From Longimicrobiales bacterium (GTDB lineage Bacteria; Gemmatimonadota; Gemmatimonadetes; Longimicrobiales; Gaopeijiaceae): a DNA stretch of 64,000 nucleotides. This document shows positions 1 to 9,502 of the stretch, piece by piece. The first letter of the stretch is position 1, and each line of letters starts with the position of its first letter. The stretch spans positions 2,464,001 to 2,528,000 of the forward strand of contig CBDFMQ010000002.1 in assembly GCA_965249725.1 (NCBI GenBank), read 5' to 3'. The position numbers and the translations under genes are program-made. Below the pieces are notes generated by a model. The model saw nothing but the letters and a program-made list of their open reading frames with translations, was not told the origin of the DNA and searched no databases.

Positions 1-401
1 GGTTCGGCGATTTCTACGACGGCAAGCTGGATCAGATCCAGGCGCGGGTTCAGATCCGGCCCTCGGAGCTCGTGGTGTTCGACCTGAACGCCACCTACAA
101 CGCCGGAAGGATGGCAGCAGGCGACTTCGACCAGCAGGTCTACTCCCTGAGGGCCGTAGCCAATGTCTCGCCGGACCTCCAACTCACCAGCTTCGTCCAA
201 TACGACGACGAATCGAAGCAGTTGGGCACGAACACCCGGCTCCGCTGGACCTTCCACCCTCTTGGAGATCTGTTCGTGGTCTACAACTACAACGTCGTGG
301 ACCTATCTGGAGACCCGGATGCCGGCCTGACTCCAGGAGATCGCTGGACGCTCGATGCTACGCAGCTGAAGCTGAAGGTCCAGTACGCGTTCAGGAACTG
401 A
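1..401 (+). CDS. C-terminal part of an outer-membrane beta-barrel protein (CBM9/DUF5916-like), truncated by window edge
   Basis: Open frame from position 3 (FGDFYDGKLDQIQ...) with alternating beta-strand pattern, 'GTNTRLRWTFHPLGDLFVVYN' and terminal 'LKVQYAFRN'. Confidence 0.65.
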   Translation, partial: FGDFYDGKLDQIQARVQIRPSELVVFDLNATYNAGRMAAGDFDQQVYSLRAVANVSPDLQLTSFVQYDDESKQLGTNTRLRWTFHPLGDLFVVYNYNVVDLSGDPDAGLTPGDRWTLDATQLKLKVQYAFRN

Positions 402-473
402 CGGCATCATTGGCGGCGGCATGGATGGCTTCGCGGTTGCGCTCGCGGGCCTGCGAGTAAGATGTTGCTCGAC

Positions 474-3191
474 ATGGCCGACCCTATCACCCGCCTGAAC
501 GCCGCCCTCAAGGGCCGCTACGTCATCGAGCGCGAGCTCGGCGAGGGCGGCATGGCCACGGTCTACCTGGCGGACGACCTGAAGCACGAGAGGAAGGTCG
601 CCCTCAAGGTCCTGAAGCCGGAACTGGCCGCCGTCGTCGGCGCCGATCGGTTCCTCTCCGAGATCAAGACGACCGCCAACCTCCAACACCCGCACATCCT
701 CCCGCTGTTCGATTCGGGTGAGGCGGACAGCTTCCTCTTCTACGTGATGCCGTACATCGAGGGGGAGACGCTCCGGGAGCGAATCGATCGTGAGAAGCAG
801 CTTCCCGTCGACGAAGCCCTCGGCATCGCCACGGCCGTGGCCAACGCGCTGCACACGGCGCACGAGCAAGGGATCGTCCACCGGGACATCAAGCCGGCCA
901 ACATCCTGCTCAGTCGGGGCGAGCCGCTCGTGGCGGACTTCGGCATCGCACTGGCCGTGGGAGCGGCGGGAGGCAACCGCCTGACCGAGACGGGACTCAG
1001 CATCGGCACGCCCTTCTACATGAGCCCGGAGCAGGCGACCGGCGACCAAATGGTAGGGCCTGCTAGCGACACCTATGCGCTCGCGTGTGTGCTCTACGAA
1101 ATGCTCGTTGGAGAGCCTCCTTACATCGGAAATACGGCCCAGGCAGTCCTCGGGAAGATCATCCAGGGGCTGCCAGTTTCCGCCACGTCCGTCCGGAAGT
1201 CGATCCCGGCGAACGTGGACGCGGCGCTCCGGAAGGCGCTGGAGAAACTTCCGGCCGACCGGTTCACGGGAGCGGACAGCTTCGCGAGGGCGCTGGCTGA
1301 TCCGGGGTTCCGACACGGAGAACTTGCCGGCGCACCCTCCGAGATCTCGAAGCGCTGGAAGAGAATCGCGATTGCAGCGAGCGCCATCGCCGCCATGGCC
1401 GTGATCGCTATGGCCGGGGGCTTCGTGACGAGGCCAACAGGGGTCCGTTCGGTGCTGCGTCAGAGAATCGCCCCGATCGCGGAGAGCACAGCTCGCCCGA
1501 TCGGGACGTTCACAGCGCTTGCCCCGGACGGCTCTAGCATGGTCTACGCCGAGCGCCAGGAGGGCGGCGACCAATGGGAGCTCTGGCTCAAACCCCGGGA
1601 CGCGGCGGAAGCCACTCTGCTGCCGGGCACCGAGGGTGCACAGAATGTCATCTACTCGCCCGACGGGCAGTGGATCGCGTTCGCCGCCGGATCCGAACTC
1701 AAGAAGAGACCGGTCGGAGACGGCTCGACCGTTACCCTCGCGGAAGGCCTCACGCCAGCGAGCAACAGCATGATCGCACTCGCGTGGCTCGACGACGGTA
1801 GCATCCTCTTCGAGCTGCCCGGGAGTACGCTCATGCGCATTCCCGAGGAGGGTGGCCAGGCCGACACGGTCGTGGCATACGGCGCGGAGGGGTTCATCCA
1901 ATTCAGCTACGCCGGCGCCCTACCCGGATCCCGTGGGGCGCTGGTGACTTTGTGCCCCGGTCAATGCGTCCAGAGCATCGCGCTCGGTGTCCGGGACTTC
2001 GAGAGCGACACGACACGGATTCTGTTGGATGAGGTCGTTCGAGGCTGGTACACCCCCACCGGTCACCTGATGTATGTACGCCGCGACGGCGCCGTCTTTG
2101 CAGCCCCCTTCGACCTGGACGCCCTGGAACTGACCGGCCCGGGCATCCCACTGTTCGCGAACGTGGTCGTGAACCTCACTGCGCCGGAGCTGGCGGTGGC
2201 GTGGGATGGGACGGTGGTCTACGGAGAGGGCGCAACACGGAACGCCGGTCGAGACCTCGTATGGGTCGATCGGAACGGCCAGTCCGAACCGGTCGATCCT
2301 GCGATGGCGTTGGGCCGATACTACACTTTGGCGTTGTCCCCGTTCGACGATCGCATCGCGGTTACTGCGGCAGGGTTGGAGGGCGCCGACGGGGTACCGC
2401 AGCTTTGGGTCAAGGAACTTCCAGACGGACCCATGACGCGCCTCACGACCGACGGCGGGCCAAGGCGTCGTCCGGCCTGGTCGGCGGATGGCCGGACGAT
2501 TTCATACGTCACCTATACCACCGGCGGGGGAGGGCCGCGTCACGCCCGGACGATCGTGGCCGACGGAAGCTCGGCGGGCGCGTTCGAAGTCCTGTTGGAG
2601 CGAGAACGAAGCGTCGAGGAGGTCGTCTTTACACCCGACCAACGTCAACTGGTCTTCCGCGAGGGCGCAGGCGCCGATGGAGACATCGGTTTCGTCGACC
2701 TGGCAACCGAGAGCGTCTCCGAAGCGGTACTCGCGTCGAACTTCGGCGAGGCTTCCGTGCTCTTGTCGCCGGATGGGCGATGGATGGCCTACGTCTCGGA
2801 CGCCTCCGGGCGGCGTGAGGTCTTCGTGCGGCCCTTTCCCTCGGCGCGATCTCGAGTCCAGGTGTCCACGAGCGGTGGCGCCAGTCCTGTGTGGGCGCAC
2901 AACGGGAGAGAGCTCTTCTTCGTCGGGGAGGACGACTGGCTCTACGCCGCGACCTACACGGCGGACTCTACGTTCGTGGTCGAGGGGAGAGACCGCCTTT
3001 TCGACTTCAGCTCATACTACTGGGACTCTCCCAACTGGAGAGTGTTCGACGTGACGCAAGACGACCAGCGGTTCTTGGCGATACGAGACGTCGGTGGCGC
3101 CTCCGATTCGTCGGACACTGAGGTGAAGTTCATCTACATCCAGAATTTCTTCGAGGAGTTGAAGGAGCGAATGGGCAACGGCCGCCGGTAG
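474..3191 (+). CDS. Membrane Ser/Thr protein kinase with C-terminal TolB-like (PD40) beta-propellers
   Basis: GEGGMATVY, VALK, HRDIKPANILL, DFG and YMSPEQ motifs; TM segment; repeated SPDG/WSADG motifs. Start moved to ATG 474 by comparison with the paralog at 63894. Confidence 0.93.
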   Translation: MADPITRLNAALKGRYVIERELGEGGMATVYLADDLKHERKVALKVLKPELAAVVGADRFLSEIKTTANLQHPHILPLFDSGEADSFLFYVMPYIEGETLRERIDREKQLPVDEALGIATAVANALHTAHEQGIVHRDIKPANILLSRGEPLVADFGIALAVGAAGGNRLTETGLSIGTPFYMSPEQATGDQMVGPASDTYALACVLYEMLVGEPPYIGNTAQAVLGKIIQGLPVSATSVRKSIPANVDAALRKALEKLPADRFTGADSFARALADPGFRHGELAGAPSEISKRWKRIAIAASAIAAMAVIAMAGGFVTRPTGVRSVLRQRIAPIAESTARPIGTFTALAPDGSSMVYAERQEGGDQWELWLKPRDAAEATLLPGTEGAQNVIYSPDGQWIAFAAGSELKKRPVGDGSTVTLAEGLTPASNSMIALAWLDDGSILFELPGSTLMRIPEEGGQADTVVAYGAEGFIQFSYAGALPGSRGALVTLCPGQCVQSIALGVRDFESDTTRILLDEVVRGWYTPTGHLMYVRRDGAVFAAPFDLDALELTGPGIPLFANVVVNLTAPELAVAWDGTVVYGEGATRNAGRDLVWVDRNGQSEPVDPAMALGRYYTLALSPFDDRIAVTAAGLEGADGVPQLWVKELPDGPMTRLTTDGGPRRRPAWSADGRTISYVTYTTGGGGPRHARTIVADGSSAGAFEVLLERERSVEEVVFTPDQRQLVFREGAGADGDIGFVDLATESVSEAVLASNFGEASVLLSPDGRWMAYVSDASGRREVFVRPFPSARSRVQVSTSGGASPVWAHNGRELFFVGEDDWLYAATYTADSTFVVEGRDRLFDFSSYYWDSPNWRVFDVTQDDQRFLAIRDVGGASDSSDTEVKFIYIQNFFEELKERMGNGRR

Positions 3192-3212
3192 CAGACGCTA
3201 CGAATTCGATCC

Positions 3213-3626
3213 TTACAGGTCTCTCGGCCAGAGCTCCGGTCTCCCCACCAGCTCGACCGGCCCGAAATCCCGCAGATCGAGCGTAGCGATCGCTCTCACA
3301 CTAAGCCGTTCCGCCATGGCCATCACCACCGCGTCGACCAGCCCAAGATTCAGATCGCCGTACTGCTCGTCCAGATCCAACGCACGTCGCAGATCCGCCC
3401 CGCCCTCCCACTCGACCGTGAACAGACCGTTCGCCAGATCCGCACGAAACGCCCGTGCCGCGGCCTCCCCTAGCCGCGACGTAACGATGTAGTCCACCTC
3501 CGGCAGGATCGCCCACGGCAGTACCCACTCGTCGGGTTCGGCCTCGAACGCACGGCGGAGAGGCTCATGGTGTCGATCGTCGGAGTCGATGAGCGCTACG
3601 ATCGCACCTGTATCGGCTACGATCAC
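3213..3626 (-). CDS. vapC: VapC-type PIN-domain toxin
   Basis: MIVADTG, ILPEVDY, LGLVDA and ATLDLRDF acidic PIN motifs; 4-nt overlap with upstream antitoxin. Confidence 0.9.
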   Translation of the reverse strand: MIVADTGAIVALIDSDDRHHEPLRRAFEAEPDEWVLPWAILPEVDYIVTSRLGEAAARAFRADLANGLFTVEWEGGADLRRALDLDEQYGDLNLGLVDAVVMAMAERLSVRAIATLDLRDFGPVELVGRPELWPRDL

Positions 3627-3859
3627 GAATCCTCTCCCATACCTTCCAGCAGCTCCTCAGACCTCTCAGAAAGGCACCCATCCCCGCTGCTTCCCGCCCC
3701 GAGGCTGCTCGGCAGTTCGCGAGGGGCACGTCGCCCGGCGTATTCGGACACGGCCGTTCGTATCAGCTCGGCCGCCGAAGTGCCTTCAGTCGCAGCCAGC
3801 GCTTTCAGGCGACGGTAATCCGCCGCGTCCAGGTAGACCGTGGTCTTCATCGTGGACAT
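3623..3859 (-). CDS. CopG/ribbon-helix-helix antitoxin (VapB-type)
   Basis: MKTTVYLD...LKALAATEGTSAAELIRTAVSEY RHH signature directly upstream of the PIN toxin; start at 3859 or 3850. Confidence 0.88.
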   Translation of the reverse strand: MSTMKTTVYLDAADYRRLKALAATEGTSAAELIRTAVSEYAGRRAPRELPSSLGAGSSGDGCLSERSEELLEGMGEDS

Positions 3860-3866
3860 ACTCAAG

Positions 3867-3889
3867 CATATATGGTTGCCATATATGGC
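3867..3889. promoter_or_regulatory. Palindromic operator of the TA operon
   Basis: CATATATGG-TTG-CCATATATG inverted repeat (two CATATATG palindromes) immediately 5' of the antitoxin start. Confidence 0.7.
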
Positions 3890-3920
3890 ACCAGGCCTAA
3901 GAGCCACGATATCCGGCGGT

Positions 3921-4916
3921 CTATTCGTCCCGCACCACCGCCATCTGCACGATCTCGTCACACAGCGCCGGGAAGCTGATCCCCCCTGCCCTGGCCGCCT
4001 TCGGCAACAAGCTGTTCCCCGTGAGCCCCGGAAGCGCGTTGGCCTCCAGGCACCACACGTCGCCCACCTTGTCCACCATGAAGTCCACGCGAGAGAAATC
4101 ACGCAGGCGCAGAAGCTCGTGCACCGCCAAGGCCTGCTCCTGCAGCGTCTCGGCGAGCCGGTCCGGGATGTCGGCCGGGAAGATCTCCTCGGCCATCCCT
4201 CCCTGGTACTTGCACTCGTAGTCGAACAGCTCGTGCTCGGATACGATCTCCCCCACGGGCAGGACGCGATCGCCCAAGATGCCCACGGTGAACTCCCGAC
4301 CCTCGATGTAGGCTTCGTACATCATGGGCGAAGGCGCCGTGGCATCCTCCGACACGGCGGCCACCACCTCGACCTCCTCCTGCAGCAGCGACAGCCGCAC
4401 GGAGGATCCGCCGGCCACCGGCTTCGCGATGACGGGGACGCCGATCTGCCCCATGACCTCATCGACGGTAGGGCTCACCAGCCAGTTCGGCGTGGCGATC
4501 CCCGCGTCGCGTAGCAGTCGCTTGGTGACGTCTTTGTCCATGGACAAGGCGCAACCGAGCATGCCGCTCCCCGCGTACCGGACTCCGGCCAGGTCCAGGA
4601 GAGCCTGGAGCGTCCCGTCCTCCCCCATCCCTCCGTGGAGCGCCGGGAACACGACGTCGGCGCGTTTGATCTCTTTGCGCTTGGTCAGGGTCTTCCGGGA
4701 GGCCCCGCCCTCGGTCACGAGCTCCCCGGGCGGCAGCGCTCTGACCCCGGATTTCAGGATGATGCGCTCGCCGATCTCAGTGATCACGCCCTTCGCGGGA
4801 TCCACGCACACGACCTCGTGTCCACCCTGCCTCAGCGCGTCGGCCACCTGGCAGCCCGACACGAGCGAGACGTCGCGTTCGTCGGAACTGCCCCCGAGTA
4901 GGACGGCGACCCTCAT
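3921..4916 (-). CDS. ddl: D-alanine--D-alanine ligase
   Basis: VAVLLGGSSDERDVSL, ALHGGMGEDG, MDKDVTK, FDYECKY, RVDF, LEANALPGLT. Confidence 0.93.
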   Translation of the reverse strand: MRVAVLLGGSSDERDVSLVSGCQVADALRQGGHEVVCVDPAKGVITEIGERIILKSGVRALPPGELVTEGGASRKTLTKRKEIKRADVVFPALHGGMGEDGTLQALLDLAGVRYAGSGMLGCALSMDKDVTKRLLRDAGIATPNWLVSPTVDEVMGQIGVPVIAKPVAGGSSVRLSLLQEEVEVVAAVSEDATAPSPMMYEAYIEGREFTVGILGDRVLPVGEIVSEHELFDYECKYQGGMAEEIFPADIPDRLAETLQEQALAVHELLRLRDFSRVDFMVDKVGDVWCLEANALPGLTGNSLLPKAARAGGISFPALCDEIVQMAVVRDE

Positions 4917-4955
4917 GGATGGACCTCCCCCGTCGGTGCGCCAGAGGTGACCACG

Positions 4956-6347
4956 CTAGCCCGCCGCCCCCGTGAGATCCCGCACCACGTCGTAGCGCGT
5001 CAGGATCCCTTTGAGCTCCCCACTATCGCGCACGAGGACCGCCGGGTTCTCGCGCGTAAGCAGCCGGGCGGCCTCATCGGCGTTCAGGTGGCTGTCCACC
5101 ACGGGGAACGGCGCGTCCATGACCGACTCCACGGGCCGGTCCAGCAGCTCGGGGTCCTCGATCACCGTCGACATGAGCTCCCCTTCCGTGAGCGAGCCGA
5201 CACACTCGCCGTCCAGCACGACCGGGAGCTGCGAAACGTCGAACGACGTGATGGTCGAAAGCGCCACCCGCACCGAGGTGGTTGGCTGCACCGTCACGAG
5301 TTCCGGAAGATCGGCGCCCTTTCGGGCAACCACATCGTGGATGGTCCGGTGCGTGCGCCTGAGGAAGCCGTTCTCCCTCATCCAGTCGTCGTCGTAGAGC
5401 TTGGTCAGGTAGTGTTCGCCCCAGTCGCACAGCAGCGTGACGAACACGGCGTCGGGATCGTTCGTCTCCTTGGCGATCTCGACGGCCGCATGCACCAGGA
5501 GCCCCGATGACCCTCCAGCGAACAGTCCCTCTTCCCGGCACAGCCGCCTGGTCATGGCAAAGGCCTCGGCGTCACTCACAGTGACCCACCGGTCGGTGAC
5601 GCTCATGTCCAAACATCCGGGAATCTTGTCGCTCCCAAGACCCTCCACCTTATAGGGCTCGCCCTCGCTCATCTCACCCGTCTCGAAAAAAATCTTCAGG
5701 ATCGATCCCACCGGATCTACACCGATGATCTGTACCTCCGGGTTCCGCTCCTTCAGGAACCGGCCCACACCCGTGATCGTCCCGCCGGTGCCGGACCCGG
5801 CCAGGAAGTGCGTGACCTTGCCGTCGGTCTGCTCCCACACCTCGGGACCCGTGGTCTCGTAGTGCGCCTCGGGATTCGCTTCGTTGTAGAACTGATCCGC
5901 AAGAATGGCGCCAGGCGTGTCCTTCACGATGCTCGCGGCCTTCTGCGTGTAGTGGTCGGGATGGTCGGGAGGGACGGCCGTAGGCACGATCACCACGTCG
6001 GCGCCGAACGAACGAAGGAGCTTCACCTTCTCCTGGCTCATCTTGTCGGGCATGGTGAAGATGCAACGATAGCCACGAAGGGCCGCCACCATGGCGAGCG
6101 CCACGCCGGTGTTGCCGCTCGTGGCCTCGACAATGGTCCCGCCGGGCTTTAGGGACCCCTCCCGCTCGGCCTTCTCGACGATAGCCAGGCCGATGCGGTC
6201 CTTCACCGAACCGCCCGGATTCATGAACTCACACTTGGCGTAGATCGTCCCGGGCACGCCTCCAGTGACGCTGTTGAGCCGGATGAGCGGTGTCCCGCCC
6301 ACCACCTCCGTGACATTGTCGTAGGGGCGGGCGTGGTTCTCACTCAC
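4956..6347 (-). CDS. cbs: Cystathionine beta-synthase (PLP) with C-terminal CBS pair
   Basis: KCEFMNPGGSVKDR PLP lysine motif, EATSGNTG, GSGTGGT, C-terminal CBS domains. Confidence 0.9.
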   Translation of the reverse strand: MSENHARPYDNVTEVVGGTPLIRLNSVTGGVPGTIYAKCEFMNPGGSVKDRIGLAIVEKAEREGSLKPGGTIVEATSGNTGVALAMVAALRGYRCIFTMPDKMSQEKVKLLRSFGADVVIVPTAVPPDHPDHYTQKAASIVKDTPGAILADQFYNEANPEAHYETTGPEVWEQTDGKVTHFLAGSGTGGTITGVGRFLKERNPEVQIIGVDPVGSILKIFFETGEMSEGEPYKVEGLGSDKIPGCLDMSVTDRWVTVSDAEAFAMTRRLCREEGLFAGGSSGLLVHAAVEIAKETNDPDAVFVTLLCDWGEHYLTKLYDDDWMRENGFLRRTHRTIHDVVARKGADLPELVTVQPTTSVRVALSTITSFDVSQLPVVLDGECVGSLTEGELMSTVIEDPELLDRPVESVMDAPFPVVDSHLNADEAARLLTRENPAVLVRDSGELKGILTRYDVVRDLTGAAG

Positions 6348-6368
6348 GGAGTTCGCTCTCGTTCCATG

Positions 6369-6761
6369 TCAGGGGCGGGGCTTCTTCGAGAAGTGCACGG
6401 GGACCTGGGCCCACACCTCGATGCGCTCTCCGTCCTTCCGAGCCGGGCTGAACTTGAGGGTCCTAGCACCTCGGATGGCCGACGAGTCGAAGGCCATCTG
6501 GCCGCTCGACTCCACCACCACCACGCTGTCGACGTCTCCCATATCCGTCACCCGGACCTTGAGAAGGCAACGCCCCTCGATGCCCTGATCCCACAACTCG
6601 AGCGGGTATTCGATCGGCACGGAGGCGGACAGAGGGGACGGGCTTTCGATGTCCGGATCGCTGGTGCAGGCCACCACACCGGCGAGGAGCGCGCCCGCCA
6701 GCCCGGCGCGGGTCAGCGAAGAGCTACCGCGGCGCACACGAAGAGTCGACGGTCGGTTCAC
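6369..6761 (-). CDS. Small TonB C-terminal domain protein, probable lipoprotein
   Basis: YPLELWDQGIEG...V..SSG..FD.SA......KFSPA TonB_C pattern; VVAC lipobox; 4-nt overlap with mutS. Confidence 0.82.
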   Translation of the reverse strand: MNRPSTLRVRRGSSSLTRAGLAGALLAGVVACTSDPDIESPSPLSASVPIEYPLELWDQGIEGRCLLKVRVTDMGDVDSVVVVESSGQMAFDSSAIRGARTLKFSPARKDGERIEVWAQVPVHFSKKPRP

Positions 6762-9391
6762 TCGCTATCTCCCGATCCGGACTCGTTCCGGAGCTCGAAC
6801 AAAAGGTCCAAGGCCTCCCTCGGCGTCATCGTGTCCGGATCGATGGCCCGGAGCCGCTTCAGAACCGGCGGCTCCGCCGCTGCGAAGAACGACAGCTGAT
6901 CCGGAGGAGGCTCGGACGCGGGCCGATGTTTTCCGAAACGGCCCAAGCCCTCTCCTCCACCCGAATGTGTTCCCTCCAGCTCGGTCAGAAGTTCCCTGGC
7001 GCGGGCGATGACGTAGGTAGGCAGCCCGGCGAGGCGTGCGACCTGGATTCCGTAGGAGCGATCGGCGCCACCATCGGCGAGCCTCCGGAGAAAGACGATC
7101 TTCTCGCCCACCTCGCGCACGATCACGTTCATGTTCTTCGCACCGGGCAGCAGGTCTCCGAGCTGAGTCAGCTCGTGGTAGTGGGTGGCGAAGATGGTCT
7201 TGCAGCCGACCGACTCGTGCAGATGCTCTGTAACCGCCCAAGCGATGGACACGCCGTCGTAGGTGCTGGTCCCTCTCCCGATCTCGTCGAGAAGAACCAG
7301 ACTCCGGTCTGTGGCTCCGTGGATGATCGACGCCGTCTCGTTCATCTCGACCATGAATGTCGACTGCCCGCGAGCCAGGTTGTCCGAGGCCCCCACCCTC
7401 GTGAAGATCCGGTCGCACACCGGCAGGCGGGCCCGGTTCGCCGGCACGAACGAGCCGATCTGGGCCATCAGGTGGATGAGGCCGATCTGCCGGAGCACGG
7501 TGGACTTACCCGCCATGTTCGGCCCTGTGAGGATCACGATCCGTCCGTCCTCATCGAGCGAGAGGTCGTTGGGAATGAACGACTCGGCGGGCATCATGGT
7601 CTCCACGACCGGATGCCGGCCGGCCTCGATCTCCACATCGAACCCCGTGTGGACCTCGGGGCGGACGTACTGCCTCCGCTCGGCCACATAGGCCAGCGTG
7701 GTCAGAACATCGAGACGAGCGGCTCGGGCACCGGCGTCCTGAATACGCGCCACCTCGGACGCCACCTGCCGCCGGACTTCGCCGAACAGTTCGGTCTCGA
7801 GCTTCTCCATGCGGTCCTCGGCACCGAAGACCTTCTCCTCCCACTCCTTCAGTTCGGGCGTGAAGTAGCGCTCCGCGTTGGTGAGCGTCTGCTTCCGCAC
7901 GTAGTCCTCGGGCACCTTGTCGAGGTTCGACTTGGTGACCTCCAGGTAGTATCCGAAGACCCGATTGAAGCCGACTTTCAGCGAGGTGATGCCGGTGCGC
8001 TCGCGCTCGCGACTCTGCAGGCTCGCGATGAAGTCCCGAGCTCCGTCCCGCGTTTCCCTGAGGTCGTCCAGCTCCTCCGAGTATCCCTCCCGGATGATCC
8101 CCCCGTCCTGAAGCGTGGCGGGTGCGTCGGCGGAGATGGCGCTCTCCACCAGCTCGAGCACGTCCTCGAGAACGTCCATCTCCGCGACGAGGCTCTTCAG
8201 CAGGGCGCTCGCTGCCCCCTCCCCCGCCTCCTGAATGGTGGGCAGCTCGGCCAGAGAGCGTCCGAGGCCCAGGAGCTCGCGCGGCGAGACGCGCCCCGCC
8301 CCCACCTTGCCCGCCAAGCGCTCCAGATCGGTCATGCGGCCCAGGGCCTCACGAAGCCGATCCCGCAGATCTACGTCACTGAACAACTCGATGACCGTGT
8401 TCTGGCGGTTCCAGATCTGCTCGGCGTCCACCAGGGGATGGAGCAGCCAGCGACGGAGCGTACGGGCCCCCATGGCCGTCACCGTCTCGTCCAACACCGA
8501 GATGAGGGTGCCTCCCTCCTCGCCGGTCCGCAGCGGCTCGACGAGCTCGAGGTTCCGCCGCGTCATCTCGTCCAGGAGCATGGCGCTTCCGCGGCGGAGG
8601 ATCTGCGGGGTGCGCAGGTGCTCCACACCACCGGGCCGGATCTCGCCCACATAGGTCAGGAGAGCCCCGGCGGCGCGCACCAGCACCTCGTCGTCCTTCT
8701 GGAAGCCGAACGCATCCAGGCTCTGGACACCGTATCGACGCTTCAGCTCATCGGAAGCCGACTCGTAGTCGAACACCCAGTCGTCACGGTAGGTGCGGAG
8801 CACGCCGGGGGCCGCATCGGCCAAGACGGCAGCGTCGTCGCCCCCGTCTTCGAGCGACCGGGGCAGCAGGAGCTCCGTGGGGTCCCGCCGCCCAAGCTCG
8901 GCCCGAAGCTCGGCGGGAGGCACGGCCTGCGCCGAGATCTCACCGGTCGAGAGATCGAGCGTGGCGACGCCTACACCCAGCTCCGTCTCATCCGTGAGCG
9001 CCACCAGGAAGTTGTTTCGCTTGGCGGTCAGCAGCGTGTCCTGGAGAACGGTGCCGGGCGTGACCGTCTCGGTCACCTCGCGGCGGACGATCCCCTTGGC
9101 CTCGGCCGGGTCCTCCACCTGATCGCAGATGGCCACCTTCTGACCCAGCTTGACCAATCGGCCCAGATAGTCGTCGATGGCCTTCGCCGGGACGCCGGCC
9201 AACGGAACGCGGGCGGCGGCCCCGTTGTTCCTCGACGTCAGCGTCAGGCCCAGAAGCCGAGACCCCTCCTCGGCATCACCGTAGAACAGCTCGTAGAAAT
9301 CCCCTACGCGGAAGAACAAGAGGGAGTCCCGGTTTCGGGATTTCACCTCTCGCCACTGGCGCATCAGTGGAGTATCGTCAGCCTTGGGCAT
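6758..9391 (-). CDS. mutS: DNA mismatch repair protein MutS
   Basis: TPLMRQW, FRVGDFYELF, TGPNMAGKST, STFMVEM, DEIGRGTST, FATHYHEL, SYGIQVARLAG. Confidence 0.98.
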   Translation of the reverse strand: MPKADDTPLMRQWREVKSRNRDSLLFFRVGDFYELFYGDAEEGSRLLGLTLTSRNNGAAARVPLAGVPAKAIDDYLGRLVKLGQKVAICDQVEDPAEAKGIVRREVTETVTPGTVLQDTLLTAKRNNFLVALTDETELGVGVATLDLSTGEISAQAVPPAELRAELGRRDPTELLLPRSLEDGGDDAAVLADAAPGVLRTYRDDWVFDYESASDELKRRYGVQSLDAFGFQKDDEVLVRAAGALLTYVGEIRPGGVEHLRTPQILRRGSAMLLDEMTRRNLELVEPLRTGEEGGTLISVLDETVTAMGARTLRRWLLHPLVDAEQIWNRQNTVIELFSDVDLRDRLREALGRMTDLERLAGKVGAGRVSPRELLGLGRSLAELPTIQEAGEGAASALLKSLVAEMDVLEDVLELVESAISADAPATLQDGGIIREGYSEELDDLRETRDGARDFIASLQSRERERTGITSLKVGFNRVFGYYLEVTKSNLDKVPEDYVRKQTLTNAERYFTPELKEWEEKVFGAEDRMEKLETELFGEVRRQVASEVARIQDAGARAARLDVLTTLAYVAERRQYVRPEVHTGFDVEIEAGRHPVVETMMPAESFIPNDLSLDEDGRIVILTGPNMAGKSTVLRQIGLIHLMAQIGSFVPANRARLPVCDRIFTRVGASDNLARGQSTFMVEMNETASIIHGATDRSLVLLDEIGRGTSTYDGVSIAWAVTEHLHESVGCKTIFATHYHELTQLGDLLPGAKNMNVIVREVGEKIVFLRRLADGGADRSYGIQVARLAGLPTYVIARARELLTELEGTHSGGGEGLGRFGKHRPASEPPPDQLSFFAAAEPPVLKRLRAIDPDTMTPREALDLLFELRNESGSGDSE

Positions 9392-9502
9392 TCCGCGGGG
9401 TCAGTGGCTTGAGCGCCGTGTCGAGCGTAAGTGTGGAGGGTCTCGTCACGTAGGATACCCACCCGCCGGAACCCGATCAACCGAATCGACACGATAGAAC
9501 CT

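Noticed and set aside
6926..9412. 828-aa plus-strand ORF and similar long shadow ORFs (303..1901, 22066..23334)
   Set aside because: Antisense to well-supported genes; expected in high-GC DNA; no recognisable motifs
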